Origin: Schmidtea polychroa
Lineage: Eukaryota
Length of the DNA: 64,000 bases
Reading direction: 5' to 3'
Assembly: GCA_044892525.1 (NCBI GenBank)
Contig: CM097885.1
Span: 27,840,001 to 27,904,000, forward strand
Part shown: in pieces, positions 14,801-29,700 of the stretch
Numbering within the stretch: the stretch's first letter is position 1
How the letters are laid out: every line of letters starts with the position of its first letter
The notes under the pieces: model-generated
Told to the model about the DNA's origin: nothing
The model's database searches: none
The model's input: the letters and a program-made list of their open reading frames with translations, nothing else
Made by a program: the position numbers and the translations under genes

Positions 14801-17800
14801 AATAGGATAGGAAACCCAGATTTATGAGAGGGATATCTGTATGAAATCAGAGTCTACAAATCATTGAAACTGCTGCGCTTTTTAAAAATAAATATTGATT
14901 AGCTTACGTGTTTCATTTGTCTAATATAATTGGTTAATTGCATAGTGCAAGATTGGTTGTTTCACAAAAACATTGTTTAATTTGAAAATTACAGCTTCAT
15001 AAAAACGGTAACCTTATATATAATATAAATATTGGATAAAAAGGAGAACCACCGCATCCCATCTCTTAGGAACACGAATAGATCGAATCTATTTTTGAAG
15101 TCAAATATCGTATCAAATGATCATTAAATATTATAAATTGTATGAAAATTATAAATTGTAAAAAATATGAATATTGTTACTATTAAGAATAGATGGTCAT
15201 AATGGCACAGTGGGAACAATCCATATTCACAGCCATATATCGGCTCTATGATCAACTAAATTAACAAACAAATTGAACTTTAGGATTTGACATGATACAG
15301 ATATTGAAATTATCAAGAGGATATACAGTTCCCCCAAAAAGGCACCAGTGGAACATTTTTAGTCAAATATCAGAACCTCGTTATTTCTAGATCACATAAC
15401 CCTTTATAAATCAATAAATAATACAAATTGTAATATTTTAAGTGTAGAAGTATTGATAATAACAAAAGGGGCTGCTAGCTCACTATAATGGCACAGTTGG
15501 AACAATTCACATTCACAGCCAAATATTGACCCAATGGTAATATTCCCATTTATAAATCAACTAACAAAACCAGTACAAGTGTCCCATATGATATAAGCAT
15601 TGATGATAGCCACAGAACATGCAACCCCCCCCCCAAAACAGAACATTGGGAACAATCCACATTCACAGCCAAATATTGACCCAATGATAATATTCCCATT
15701 TATAAATCAACTAACAAAACCAGTACAAGTGTCCCATATGATATAAGCATTGATGATAACCACAGAACATGCAACCCCCCAAAAGAGAACATTGGGAACA
15801 ATCCACATTCACAGCCAAATATTGACCCAATGATCATATTCCCATTTATAAATCAACTAATCAAACCAGTGCAAGTGTCCCATATGATATAAGCATAATA
15901 TGTAACCCCCCCCCAAAAGAGAACATTGGGAACAATCCACATTCACAGCCAAATATCGATACAATGATAAGCTATTCATATTTATAAATCAACTAACAAA
16001 ACCAGTACAAGTGTCCCATATGATATAAGCATTGATGATAACCACAGAACATGCAACCCCCCAAAAGAGAACATTGGGAACAATCCACATTCACAGCCAA
16101 ATATCGATACAATGATAAGCTATTCATATTTATAAATCAACTAACAAAACCAGTACAAGTGTCCCATATGATATAAGCATTGATGATAACCACAGAACAT
16201 GCAACCCCCCCCCCAAAAAGAGAACATTGGGAACAATCCACATTCACAGCCAAATATCGATACAATGATAAGCTATTCATATTTATAAATCAACTAACAA
16301 AACCAGTACAAGTGTCCCATATGATATAAGCATTGATGATAACCACAGAACATGCAACCCCCCCCAAAAGAGAACATTGGGAACAATCCACATTCACAGC
16401 CAAATATCGATACAATGATAAGCTATTCATATTTATAAATCAACTAACAAAACCAGTACAAGTGTCCCATATGATATAAGCATTGATGATAACCACAGAA
16501 CATGCAACCCCCCCCCAAAAGAGAACATTGGGAACAATCCACATTCACAGCCAAATATTGACCCAATGATAATATTCCCATTTATAAATCAACTAATCAA
16601 ACCAGTACAAGTGTCCCATATGATATAAGCATAATATGCAACCCCCCCCAAAAGAGAACATTGGGAACAATCAACATTCACAGCCAAATATCGATACAAT
16701 GATAATATTCCCATTTATAAATCAACTAATCAAACCAGTGCAAGTGCCCCATATGATATAAGCATTGATGATAACCACAGAACATGCAACCCCCCCCCAA
16801 AAGAGAACATTGGGAACAATCCACATTCACAGCCAAATATCGATACAATGATAAGCTATTCCCATTTATAAATCAACTAACCAAACCAGTACAAGTGTCC
16901 CATATGATATAAGCATAATATGCAACCCCCCCCCAAAAGAGAACATAGGGAACAATCCACATTCACAGCCAAATATTGACCCAATGATAATATTCCCATT
17001 TATAAATCAACTAACAAAACCAGTACAAGTGTCCCATATGATATAAGCATTGATGATAACCACAGAACATGCAACCCCCCAAAAGAGAACATTGGGAACA
17101 ATCCACATTCACAGCCAAATATCGACCCAATGATAACAAATTCCCATTTATAAATCAACTAACCAAACCAGTACAAGTGTCCCATATGATATAAGCATAA
17201 TATGCAACCCCCCCCCCAAAAAAAGAGAACATTGGGAACAATCCACATTCACAGCCAAATATCGATACAATGATAATATTCCCATTTATAAATCAACTAA
17301 TCAAACCAGTGCAAGTGCCCCATATGATATAAGCATTGATGATAACCACAGAACATGCAACCCCCCAAAAGAGAACATTGGGAACAATCCACATTCACAG
17401 TCAAATATCGAACCAAAGGTAACATATTCCCCCAATTAATCAAACCAGTACAAGAGTCCCATACGATATAAGCATAATATGCAAATGCCCCCCCCCCAAA
17501 AAAAAGAGAACATTGGGAACGATTCCCATTTACCGCCAAATTTAGTGCCCAAAGAATATATAATGCCAAAAAAATCAACAAACAAAACCAACCGTAACAT
17601 TTGATGTGATATAAACAGTTCCTACTGTGTCATTCGGTTGGTAATGCAATAGCACCGAATCACATATCTGAGAGCCAACGAATACATAATTAGTGGAGCA
17701 CATCGTCACCTAAATAAATCCATCGATTAATATTGGAAATCTCCCCATAGAAAATAAACTAACAGTTTTAGGAATGACAGTTTTGAAAATCTTCTCAATA

Positions 17801-19163
17801 TGTGCCCCAATGACGGTTCTCATAGCAGACTCTAGCAGAAAGGTGACGATAAACAGTTCCCCGGTACCGTTAATTATTAGCAGCTGCTCGGAATTCACAA
17901 AGCGGCATTCACAGCCGTCAAGTGCCAGAGGATGATTCACCGATGTTTGTCCTATAATCAACTGCGTAACAAATCAAATCTCAACGAGATCAAGCACTAA
18001 CTCAATGGGAAATTGGTGAGGATTTTTGCATAACCGTTTAATGCAATTCCACACGACGGCTGGCTTTGATTGAGATAAATGAGAATATTCGTGGACAGAA
18101 TCACGATTCCACCAATCGGTCTCGGCACCGGGGCGACCTTGAAGCAATCATACGGCAAATTCTCCAAATGCCAGATTATCGGATTTGTTCGCTTCTGGAG
18201 GTTCAGCGATAACGTAATCATGCAACACGTATCCTTTCTCGTTAACGCTTGTCCGACAAATGTACCGATTGGTTCATAGAGAATCAATAAGGTCGGTTCA
18301 TAATAACCGTGTAAGAATTGCATATCGAGAATATAATTCACTCGAACCCCATTTAAACTATTCAAATACGTAACATAACTGGGTAGATTCGGTGCCGGAC
18401 GATTAGCGGCTAATAAACCGACACCGGAAAACAATTCATGCTGAGTTATTGATGTTAAAGGTATTGTAATTGGAATGATTTTAGAGGATTTAATTTTCGT
18501 GTCATTTGTTGTCAAAGATGTGGAAATAATATCTGGAGATCTTCGAAAGGGAATAACACCTAAATATTTATCATAAACTAAAACTATTGCACATCTTTGT
18601 TCGGGATCAACTCTCAACATAGGAGCTTTAAAAAATTCACTTCGATTTTGCTGGAAAAGTATATAATTTAAGTAATTAAATATTTTTAAAAAATTACCTT
18701 TAAACACTCATGTTCAAAAGAGTGTAATAAAATTGTTTTAACTTCGTGAGAAATTGGATCATATTGTAATACTGCAATCTATGTCATATATTAAGCAAAT
18801 CAGAATTAAATTAAAATTACTTTAGCTTCTTCAAAGCTGACAATTATCGAATCTAAAGTATCGCCATATAGTCTAACCGAAGAAGCATCAATTACTTCTT
18901 CATTAAAATTAAAACTTAAAACATTATCGAACTTTAGATCAGAAGATCCAATTCTAAAAATATTTAATTTGTTAATGGATTACTGTAATAAATTAAATTA
19001 TGTCTTACAAAGGGGTCAGATTATATACTTCTAAATATGTGCTTCCAATAGTAACGATAGACTTGAACTTTGGGTTAATAAAATTACAAAAAAGAGAATG
19101 GTCGACACATTTAGGTTCTAGTACTTGGCGATATATTGAGGAAAATTGAACAGGCTTTATCAT
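2823..19163 (-). CDS. CPSF1: Cleavage and polyadenylation specificity factor subunit 1 (CPSF160), 22 coding exons, 1549 aa
   Basis: Hand-spliced exons, all GT-AG and phase-consistent, total 4650 nt: 19163-19009, 18953-18821, 18778-18698, 18650-18002, 17951-17764, 17709-17593, 13370-13257, 13207-12832, 11987-11926, 11872-11268, 11217-11092, 9444-9375, 9318-9197, 9152-9068, 7881-7711, 7661-7443, 7389-7273, 7211-6729, 6677-6218, 3245-3116, 3066-2928, 2870-2823. CPSF1 motifs: LRVDPEQRCA, DMQFLHGYYEPTLLILYEP, LPYDC..PVPRPIGG, NIGPIG, DVVPEPGQ..T..K.K..Y..EQKGPVTAL, C-terminal ILDDLIDIYSSTLHF*. Confidence 0.95.
3515..4149. mobile_element. Probable piggyBac-type non-autonomous remnant in CPSF1 intron 19
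   Basis: TTAA|CCTTTTGAATCC at the left and GGCTCAAAGGG|TTAG at the right form imperfect TIRs. A similar TTAACCCTTTGAG terminus occurs at ~19389. Confidence 0.4.
4737..6145. repeat. Four dispersed copies of a ~50-75 bp unit in CPSF1 intron 19
   Basis: AAATATTTGAAATTGAATGAT(G/A)ATATTGATCAA(G/T)ATATTATTTCGATTTA at ~4737, ~5394, ~5822 and ~6071. Confidence 0.8.
9673..9867. mobile_element. Tigger/pogo-type MITE
   Basis: TA|CAGTCATACCCCGGATAACGTTG ... CAACGTTAACCGGGGTATACCTG|TA: 23-bp imperfect TIRs with TA TSD. Confidence 0.85.
9880..10480 (-). mobile_element. Merlin (IS1595/ISXO2-like) transposase remnant
   Basis: Minus-strand fragments VINGSPGTHVQIGE (cf. GGPG..VEIDE), FMFTIADRNASLLPIIRQSILPG..TLSDQRAVY (cf. 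VPDR...LLPII...I.PGT.I.SD.W.AY) and HNGTHMNTID (cf. GAHTNTIE). Many frameshifts. Confidence 0.75.
10540..11062. repeat. 36-bp minisatellite, ~14 copies, CPSF1 intron 11
   Basis: Unit AATATTGATCATAAATTTATAATAATCAATTAAATG. It explains the repetitive MINIHLIDYYKF ORF. Confidence 0.95.
12231..12443. mobile_element. piggyBac-type MITE
   Basis: TTAA|CCTTTTCG ... CGAAAAGG|TTAA: perfect 8-bp TIR with TTAA TSD. Confidence 0.75.
12599..12732 (+). repeat. Dispersed fold-back (palindromic) element, copy 1 of 4
   Basis: Arms ATTGTATTTATAAAAAATTGACTAT.AATCA.TAAAGATAT and its reverse complement, followed by a tail CAATTGAAAAGAAATCAGAAGTGAAAAT. Homologues at 61207-61351 (+), 42594-42700 (-) and 29727-29805 (-). 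Confidence 0.8.
13611..14325 (+). mobile_element. Probable solo LTR, family B, in CPSF1 intron 6
   Basis: Starts TGTCCAGGATACCTAAAT and ends CCAACTATAATATACCCAACA, matching the termini of the TSD-flanked copy at 33198-34129. No clean TSD here. Confidence 0.55.
15490..17530. repeat. Tandem array of a ~133-153 bp unit, ~14 copies, in CPSF1 intron 6
   Basis: Recurring AGAACATTGGGAACAATCCACATTCACAGCCAAATAT...CCAGTACAAGTGTCCCATATGATATAAGCAT...ATGCAACCCCCC. A diverged copy lies at ~15200-15350. Confidence 0.95.
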
Positions 19164-20157
19164 AACAAAATAAATAATTTGAAAATACTTATCATAAAGT
19201 TGATTATTTAAACAAATATGAAATGTAAATGTTGATTTTTGAATATATCAATTGTTTCCATTTTATTTCTAAAATAAGTGTCACAAAATTCTAAATTCTT
19301 CTTTAGTGTTACATAAAATTAAATAATTAGTAACGTTAGATTGTAATTAGGTTAACTAATTGAACTGAAATAATTATATTAACTAATTTTAACCCTTTGA
19401 GTCAGATTTATTTTTGGTTTACTTATGTTATGTCTGAGGTCGGACTTCACCGGTGGCAAATAAACTGGTGAAATTCACTTGTTGGTTTCCCTGCCGGCTG
19501 CATCAACTTCTAAATCTCCTAGTTACAACAGTTACTAAAATTACCTAGATCAAAACATTCTAAATAGGTTTCACGTTTAATGTTGTTTAACGCTTATCAT
19601 TAGTTAGATAATTGTGACTAACATTAACCTTATTGACATAGTTGATATAGGATCAGGAATATTGGGAATGAGCCTATTATTGTAGTTAGCAGTTCCAAGG
19701 GGGTTGAGAATTTCTATAGTTTTGCCAAAACCAATCTTAATATAATATCACAGTCCCCAGTTATTAGACGGAGCAATAATAGAAGTATTGTTACCGTTAG
19801 TGAAATCAGCCACCTATCTTTTAATATCCTCATTATTAGATTCTTGCAAAAGGTCAATTATTATCATTAAATATGTAACCTAAATTAGACGACTATAATA
19901 TGACATCTGTATCTTTGTCGTCTTCACGCGCCTTACTATTTCCATCCCGATATCGTAATATCTCAATTTTCATACAAAAAAATTTTGAATAATGATTATC
20001 CCAGTTTTCGAATTATGTAAGCTTTTATATTCCCATCGTTATTCCTAAAATTCATGAAACAAACCCGATATATACATACACGAATTTTGAAATAACACGG
20101 TCCACAAAAAAAGAATAAATCTTCTTTTTTTGCACGAAATATTCGATTTAACACTAT

Positions 20158-21108
20158 TGTTAGGGATAGGCCTGGAGCCTTAATAATAAAATAAATAAAA
20201 ATTACTAAAAATAGAAATAGGTAAAATAAAAACAATAAAGAATTACTTAAAATAAAGTTTAGACATATTTAATTACTATAAATAGAAATAAGCTTTATAT
20301 AGTAATATTTAATTATATTGTTACTATAAATAGTAATTATAATATTACTATTAATATATTAAATAAATAATATTTATTATAAATACTGGTTCAAAACGAG
20401 AACCAGGGGACGCATAATTTAGAGACAAATTATTTCGAGGAGAAATTTCTGACAAAGAACAAGAAATTAAATTCTGTGAAGAAACGTGATTAAATAATCA
20501 CCGTTCAAATTGTGACCTGTTGAATTTGTTATAAATTGCCAAACGAGAGAAGCTCAGGGAGAAAAACTAAAATTTAGTTGGAGGAGGTTTTTGAGAAAAT
20601 TGCAATTCAATTCGTTTTCGAGGAAGGAGAAATCCAAATTGTTTGTCCGAGGAATTATTTCGAAAAAGTGAAATTAGTTGAGGGATAAATTATTATCCTG
20701 GTGAGATTAAATAATTGAAAGCGAATACAAAGTATTGATTTCATACTTTAGTGTTCCCTGGGAGCCTCAAAATCATTCCCTCTTGCTTGCCCAACTCTTT
20801 TAGTCATATTGCGATCGTTGTGCTACACAGGAGCCATCGATTTCTTGCAGGCTGTGGTAAACAGTAAGGATTAATAAATCCGTTTTCTTGTATTCTTTGC
20901 ACATTAATTGTAAAGCAACTTTTGTAAATTATTAAATATATTTTTATAAAAAGAGAAAGGAGTTTGTTTTTAATTCAGTGATTTAAACTTACACGCGCAA
21001 CCACATTAAATATAACATATTTATATTTATTTTTATTTTATTTATCTTAATTAATTTATTGGAGTCATTTGTGTTAAGATCTGTAGTCCCCGTTTTTCGA
21101 TCTTAACA
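20158..21108 (+). mobile_element. Solo LTR, family A
   Basis: CTAT|TGTTAGGGATAGG ... GATCTTAACA|CTAT: TG/CA ends and a 4-bp TSD. Homologous to LTR 819-1774. Confidence 0.9.
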
Positions 21109-21521
21109 CTATTTCCAAACAAATATTTCTTTTTAAATTTTTTATGTCAAAATTCAAATACAAATCGGGGAATACCCAAATTTTATTATATGTACATATG
21201 TAATCAAGAAACTGAATTTTATGTTTTAATTTTGTTTATATTGTTATTTTGACAAATATTTTTTTAGAAAATTTTACTTACACAAGGAAGTTTTAATAAA
21301 CTGGTAATGTTATTTTTTTTAAATTTTAAATTTTTTAGTTATTATTTTATTTTGCTAAAGGAAATTTTAATAAACTGGTAATTTCCTGCAAAAATTATTA
21401 TTTTTAAGAAGTTTTACTTACATAAGGAAATTTTAATAAACTGGTAATGTTATTTTTTTAGATTTAAAAATTTTTTATTAAGTATTTTTATTTTCATTTT
21501 TATTATAGCTGATTTAATAAG

Positions 21522-23646
<2,125 letters not shown>

Positions 23647-23651
23647 GTATA

Positions 23652-23888
23652 CAGTGGCGTAATTAGTGGACGCAGCACCCTGCGTTGCGGGGACCCAAAA
23701 TTATTACTAAAAAAATATTTACAATCATTTTCTGAAACTTTTTTCACGCAGTTATATTTGCCTACAAACATAAAACTATCATTGAATAGCGGCTGCTGTG
23801 AATAACTATGTATTAAACTTTAACCGAAAAATTTAAGTGGAAATATTTTACATTGCGCGGGGGCCCAAATTTTGAAGTTCCGTCACTG
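23652..23888. mobile_element. hAT-type MITE
   Basis: GTTGTATA|CAGTGGCG ... CGTCACTG|GTTGTATA: perfect 8-bp TSD with short TIRs. Confidence 0.88.
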
Positions 23889-26725
23889 GTTGTATATTTT
23901 GATTGTTAAAATGATATACCAGGCTTTTCATCTACTTCCATTGGAAATTGTTTGATTTTAAATTTGTACTCCGATGAAACATTTGCAAATAAGTAACGAT
24001 AATATAATTCATTTAATTATCGGTCTAAGCTTAGACATTTCTTTATCGTACTATTGGTATCATTGTGCGTCTACTTCATCATTAAAGAAACTTCTCCAGA
24101 TAAAAAAATTGCGATGGAAAATAAAGCAGTACATTATGGTTAACATTCCAATAGCGTTACCAGACATTTGGAATTTCTCTTTATTTTACTTTCAAAACTT
24201 AAAACATAAGCCAGGAAAACTCTTTATTTAAATTACCAAACTACATATATTTGAATATCTAAAAAAACCAACATAAATTTCCACACTTCACACAAGCTGA
24301 ATATTTAAACAAGCCTTTATAAATAAATATTCACCAAAACATCTATTTTATTAAAAAAACGATCATAAGTACCATTAAATTTCAATCATTGTAATTTTTC
24401 TTCATTTTCTTCTTTACTGATTTAATCAATGTCATTACCTTTAATAACAGCTTTTATGCTAACTATTTGTTTCCTTAAACTTTCTTTCGAGCCAGCGCTT
24501 ATTGGAATAACATCTGGAATACAGACAACAAAAATCAACTGGCTATTCTTTTCGGATAAACAACATATTAATTTTTTTCTGTGAGCAAGCCTCAATGTTC
24601 TTGAAACAGAAAAAGATTATTTGGATTGTGAAGTAGAAAATGGAAGCAAATTAGGATCTAAAAGGGTGTGAATTTGACTAGAGCAAAAGTTGATTTACCT
24701 GCTGTTTCAGATAAAAACATCAGATTTATATTTTCGTAGGTAAGGTCACGAGGCCCCTTCAATAGTTATTACTTATAAATCCATTAGTATTCTTAAATTA
24801 ATTCGATTAATTAAGGTGTCCGAACAATTATTATTCTAATGAAAGTTTGGGAACATTAAAATATAAATAATAAAAACAAATTTCTTTAGGGAAATAAGTA
24901 GTAAAATAACCATGTTGCTTGTATAGCATGATAAAACAATGCAGGAGAAATGCGGAGAATTTAAATTAAAAACAGAAATAAGTAAGAAGATGCAAAAAAT
25001 AAATAACTCGGAATAAAGTAATATAAGAAGAGAAAGGGAATAAAATAAAAATTATAAATAAAATAATTTTACAAAAAAACAAAACAATACATAAGCATCG
25101 AATAAAACAAAATAATTAAATAGTTGAAATCTTGCAAAATAATAAAATCAGAAACTAAATCGTAATAATGCTAATAAATTAACAAATTTAAATCGAAAAA
25201 TGAAAAAGGAAAATTGAGGTAAGACAAACAAATGAGTGATAAGGACAAAATTTGTTGAGGAGATATCAGCAAATATAGAAAAAGAATATCTCAAAAGTCC
25301 TGGAAAACCGCTGAATAAAGATCCAAGTGAAGAGACCCAAACAGAGAATAATTGCTGAGAGGAATAGGTAGATTGCACCCAAAGGAGCCAAGGAAATCAA
25401 GACCAAAGAAATTATATTTGGATTAAATTGATGTCTAAATATAGACAAATAAATTATTTTGTGCTGAATCAGTAGTACCAACACAAGTTGAGAAAAATAA
25501 TTGATCGGGTGAAATCAAAATCAGCAAATTTACAAATACAAAGACTTGGTAGGATCTTGCAAACATCAGACACCTACCCGAGCTTAAACGGGTAAATAAA
25601 CCCTTTCAGAAAATAGAATAAAATAATAAAAATAAAAGAAACTAAAATAAAGAAACTTAAGATCCAACCAGAAAACCAAACTGCATTAAACAGAGAACAA
25701 AGAATTACAAGAAACGTAAAACAATAAAAAGGACTGAAAATAATCGAATATGAGAAACACAAACGATCTACAAAGATCAGGAGAGACAAAACCGCAAAAG
25801 AACTTAAAGAGAAAAACAAAATTACCGGAAGCAGAAAGGAAGAGAAAAACTCTACCACTCTTAGACCCAAAATCTACAAATCATGCAGCTCAAAAAAATT
25901 AAGATTCATTATGAATATAAATTAACATTGCTTATCCGTTTAGATTTTGAAGGAACTTAAGTATTTATATATCAGGCTGAAGTGATATTATGATGAAAAA
26001 TTTCCAATTTAAAAGATGAGTAACAGTAAATCACTGCTATCAGAGGAGTGCAAACAATTGAAAAGATTTATTCTAATGAAGTAATTAAAAAACCCTATCA
26101 ATAATTTCATAGAAAAATTTTATAAAATTAACATAGATGTAACTTTTTTATAATTTAGTGTGGAAGAAAAATTAACTCGAAGATCACAAAAGGGAAAAAG
26201 GTTTTTGATGAAAACAAAGTAGTCGAGTTACAATAAGAGAAAATATCATAGTAAGCTCATTTAATGTCATAAATGATAACACAAAGGCATAATTATCTCA
26301 AAGAACTCAGGCGAAGGAATTGTTCAATGGACAAAAAGAATGCAATAAAAATTTGAAGAATATTTACAAAATAACATTGATGTTTATACGTTTTAAGAAG
26401 AATTTGACCATTTCTTAATATTTCTAAAATAAAATGAGGACACCACAAAAACCACACCAGATATATAATACGCCGCCAAAAATATGTCTGATTGTTGATA
26501 TATTATTGAAATTTTTTAACAATTTTTTCATAATTCCTTCAAAATTGACAGTTTCTGAAATTTTTAAAATAATTTACTTTATTTAAAAATAGAATTTTTA
26601 TAATTTTTATTACTTGTTTTACTTATATTTTTAAAGGTCATTTTTAAAATGCTTAATTTTAACTTTTCTAATTTTAATTAACTATTGTTAAATAAATTCA
26701 TTTATCGAAATTTTGCATTGTCTCA

Positions 26726-29700
26726 ATGGCTTCTATTCTTTATTATTTTCCCCTCAATTTTTTTCAAAGTTTAAATTTATCCAAACAATATTCCAATGAT
26801 AACATTGATCATATTTTCCTTAAAGTAATTCATACAAATGTTCAACTTCATTGTTATTCTATTAGATTACGCCACTGGTTTTTATTGGAATAGGATTTTT
26901 GTCTTGGATTCGGCATATAATGTTTTCAAAGATATCTTGCGCATCTCCACTCGAATGGAATGATTGCTGGGATGAATATGCTAATAAATATTGTTTATTC
27001 AAAGAAAAATATCAGTTTTCTATTACAAATGGGTCTAATGAAAATATCGGAGGCATAAGTAATACAAATGATTATTTATATATGTTATTGAGTGCACAAT
27101 AAAATTCAATGAAATACGCCCTAATTGATTTCATAGATTTCCGGTGTGTTTGAAGCGAGATCAAATTCTTTTTGAAATTCTTTTTGATTCATTTTTTTTC
27201 GATTTTTACAGACTGACTATTTGCCACACAATTGTATAGGGGTAGGGCTATTTTTGTCTCATACCATTACATGGCTCAATATTTGGTCCATTGCCTCACT
27301 CCACTAATGCCCCACAAATCATTCCATATTTGGTCAATTGCCTCACTCCATTACAAGCCCCATACATCATCCCATATCACACCATTATATGTTCCACAAA
27401 AGCCCCATAATTTTGTCGAATTTCACAGCGCTGTCTATTTTCTGCTTTTAAAGAAGACAGAAAATAAGGACATCATTTATTAATTATATGAAGGATATGA
27501 AAATGAAGCACCATATAGAGCTAATATTTATAATTGGATTAGAGAGTTTTCTTCTGCTGAAACAATGTGGTTATTGAAGAAGAAATTGGACGACCCCAGG
27601 AAATTGACTAGAAGAAATTCGAAAAATTGAAGATTATTTTGAAAAAAGAGAGACGAATTATCAACAGAGAACTGTCAAATAAAAAAACTCTGTGAAACAT
27701 GCTCGAGGTCATTGGAATCAGAAAATTATATAGTCTATTCGTCACACATTTATTGACAGCAGAAATGCGAGAAAATTAAATGCAAACATGTCAAAAAATC
27801 CTGGTAATCTTTCATGTTCTTGGACAGAATCTTTTGAAAAATATTATAGCAGAGGACAAGAAGTCATTAAGCCTTTGTGTTTCATACATTAAGCGTGAGT
27901 CTTGTGAATGGGTGTTTCCATAGGAAAATGAATGTGAGAAATTACTAACGGAAGCCCAGAAATCAATACCTCTATCATTTGCACGATACAGTAGCAATTC
28001 ACTCAGCTGTCAGATCTGGGGATGCAATCGCCAAAAATGGCTCTGCGTTGGTTTCACACCCACCGTATAACTCTGATTTGACACCGAATTATGTCCAAAA
28101 CAGATATCACAATGAAAAAGATACCATTTTTTTTGAAAATAGTTTCTTTTCACTAGTAAATCTGTGGGTGAAGTGTCTGGAAGCAGGTGGATACATAGAA
28201 AAATGAATCTGTACAATTATCAATATAGTTCACTTGTTATAAATACAAAGTTTCATTGCAGTACCATTTATATTTATGTGTAAGTCCTGATTTCTTTCCT
28301 GGCTTTATCCACACCACGCAAGTCACCAAATTTTGTGACTATGATATATATTTTCATTGTTTTGATGGGAATTTTGTCAAAATTAATCATATTATGTTTT
28401 ACATTATTTTTCCACGCTGAGTGATTTTCTAGCAACTTTTACGCATTCTTGCCGACACATGAAAAGATCATCATGATTGTTAATCACTTTTAATTAACAG
28501 TATTGCCATTACTGTTATAGTTGGTGCCACTGAGCAGGAATTCTTAGCCTTTTTCGATAGCGACCCCCCAGAAAATGAAAAGAATATTACGCAACTTTTT
28601 TTCATATAAATAAAATAAAAGAATTATAGGAACAATAATATTTTATTAATTAAATTCATGATGTGATTATATTGAACATTCAGATTAAAACTTAATTTTT
28701 TTCAAATCCACGAAACTAAATAAGAAACCATAAATAAATTAACTATGGGAAAATATGCTAACTAAGTGATTTTTGTTATAGTTTCTTTGAATCCAACTCA
28801 TCAAAACGTTGAACAATTTGTGATAATGATATTCGCAAATTGTTTTCAACGGTCGTTAGTTGAGTTTTATATTTAGATTTTATATACAGCTGAGATGAAT
28901 AATTGTAGAGACATACAACTAATTCGAATAAAGATTTTATTCAGATGAAAATTGCAATAAATAATTGATATATCTGCTTCAATAGTCAATATACCAACGA
29001 AAACACGGACACCTGATCTGGAGATTGAATGGAGATTGTTGAAGATCTTGATCATCATCAGAGAGATCATAGATAATAAAACTGTTGGGTTATTGAGTTG
29101 GTGATAAATTTAAATGTTACTCTGACTCCAAGCGTGTCTTTGACCGATTCACAATAACACTTGACAACCGAAATCTTTATTGATAATCACAAATAAACTT
29201 TCACTTTACACTGACAATCAATTCAACACACCTACTTGGTGACTATACAGTGCTTATTACAACACTCAGTGAGGAGAAGCACTTGCGTATAACACCGGAT
29301 TAAAAGATCACAAATTACTGTTTGGTATATCAACTGGGACTTTGAGCTTGTTGTTTACTTTGACCTTCTTCACAAATTTATTCAAGTAACTTCTTTTCGT
29401 TTAATTTTCAACTAATTCCTTTATTCAAATCTTCTCCAACAATTATTCTTCACAATTACTTTCTTTACAATTCTTTTTCACAATCGTTTCTCCAATAACG
29501 TTTCGTTCGACGTTGTCTAAAATTTTTCCAATAATTTTATCTCTTAGATTATATCTCAAATTGTCTCACAATTATCTCAATTTTTCAAAGTTATTTCCTA
29601 GGCTAGACAGATGCCTCAAAATTATATTTTTGAAAAATGTTAAATCTAATTATTTTTTCAACGAAAAATCCATAGTGATAATTTATTTGTAAATACCAAA

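Noticed and set aside
15490..17530. Regular repeat array as a CRISPR, snoRNA cluster or hammerhead satellite
   Set aside because: Whole units repeat with no unique spacers. The TGATGA C-box-like motif is antisense to the host transcript and lacks a D-box partner, and there is no CTGATGA...GAAA hammerhead core.
24890..25900. Hydrophobic minus-strand ORFs (25148-25870) as membrane proteins
   Set aside because: They arise from an A-rich plus strand (T-rich codons give F/L/I). No family motifs or splice structure; possibly LTR-like debris whose ends I could not define.
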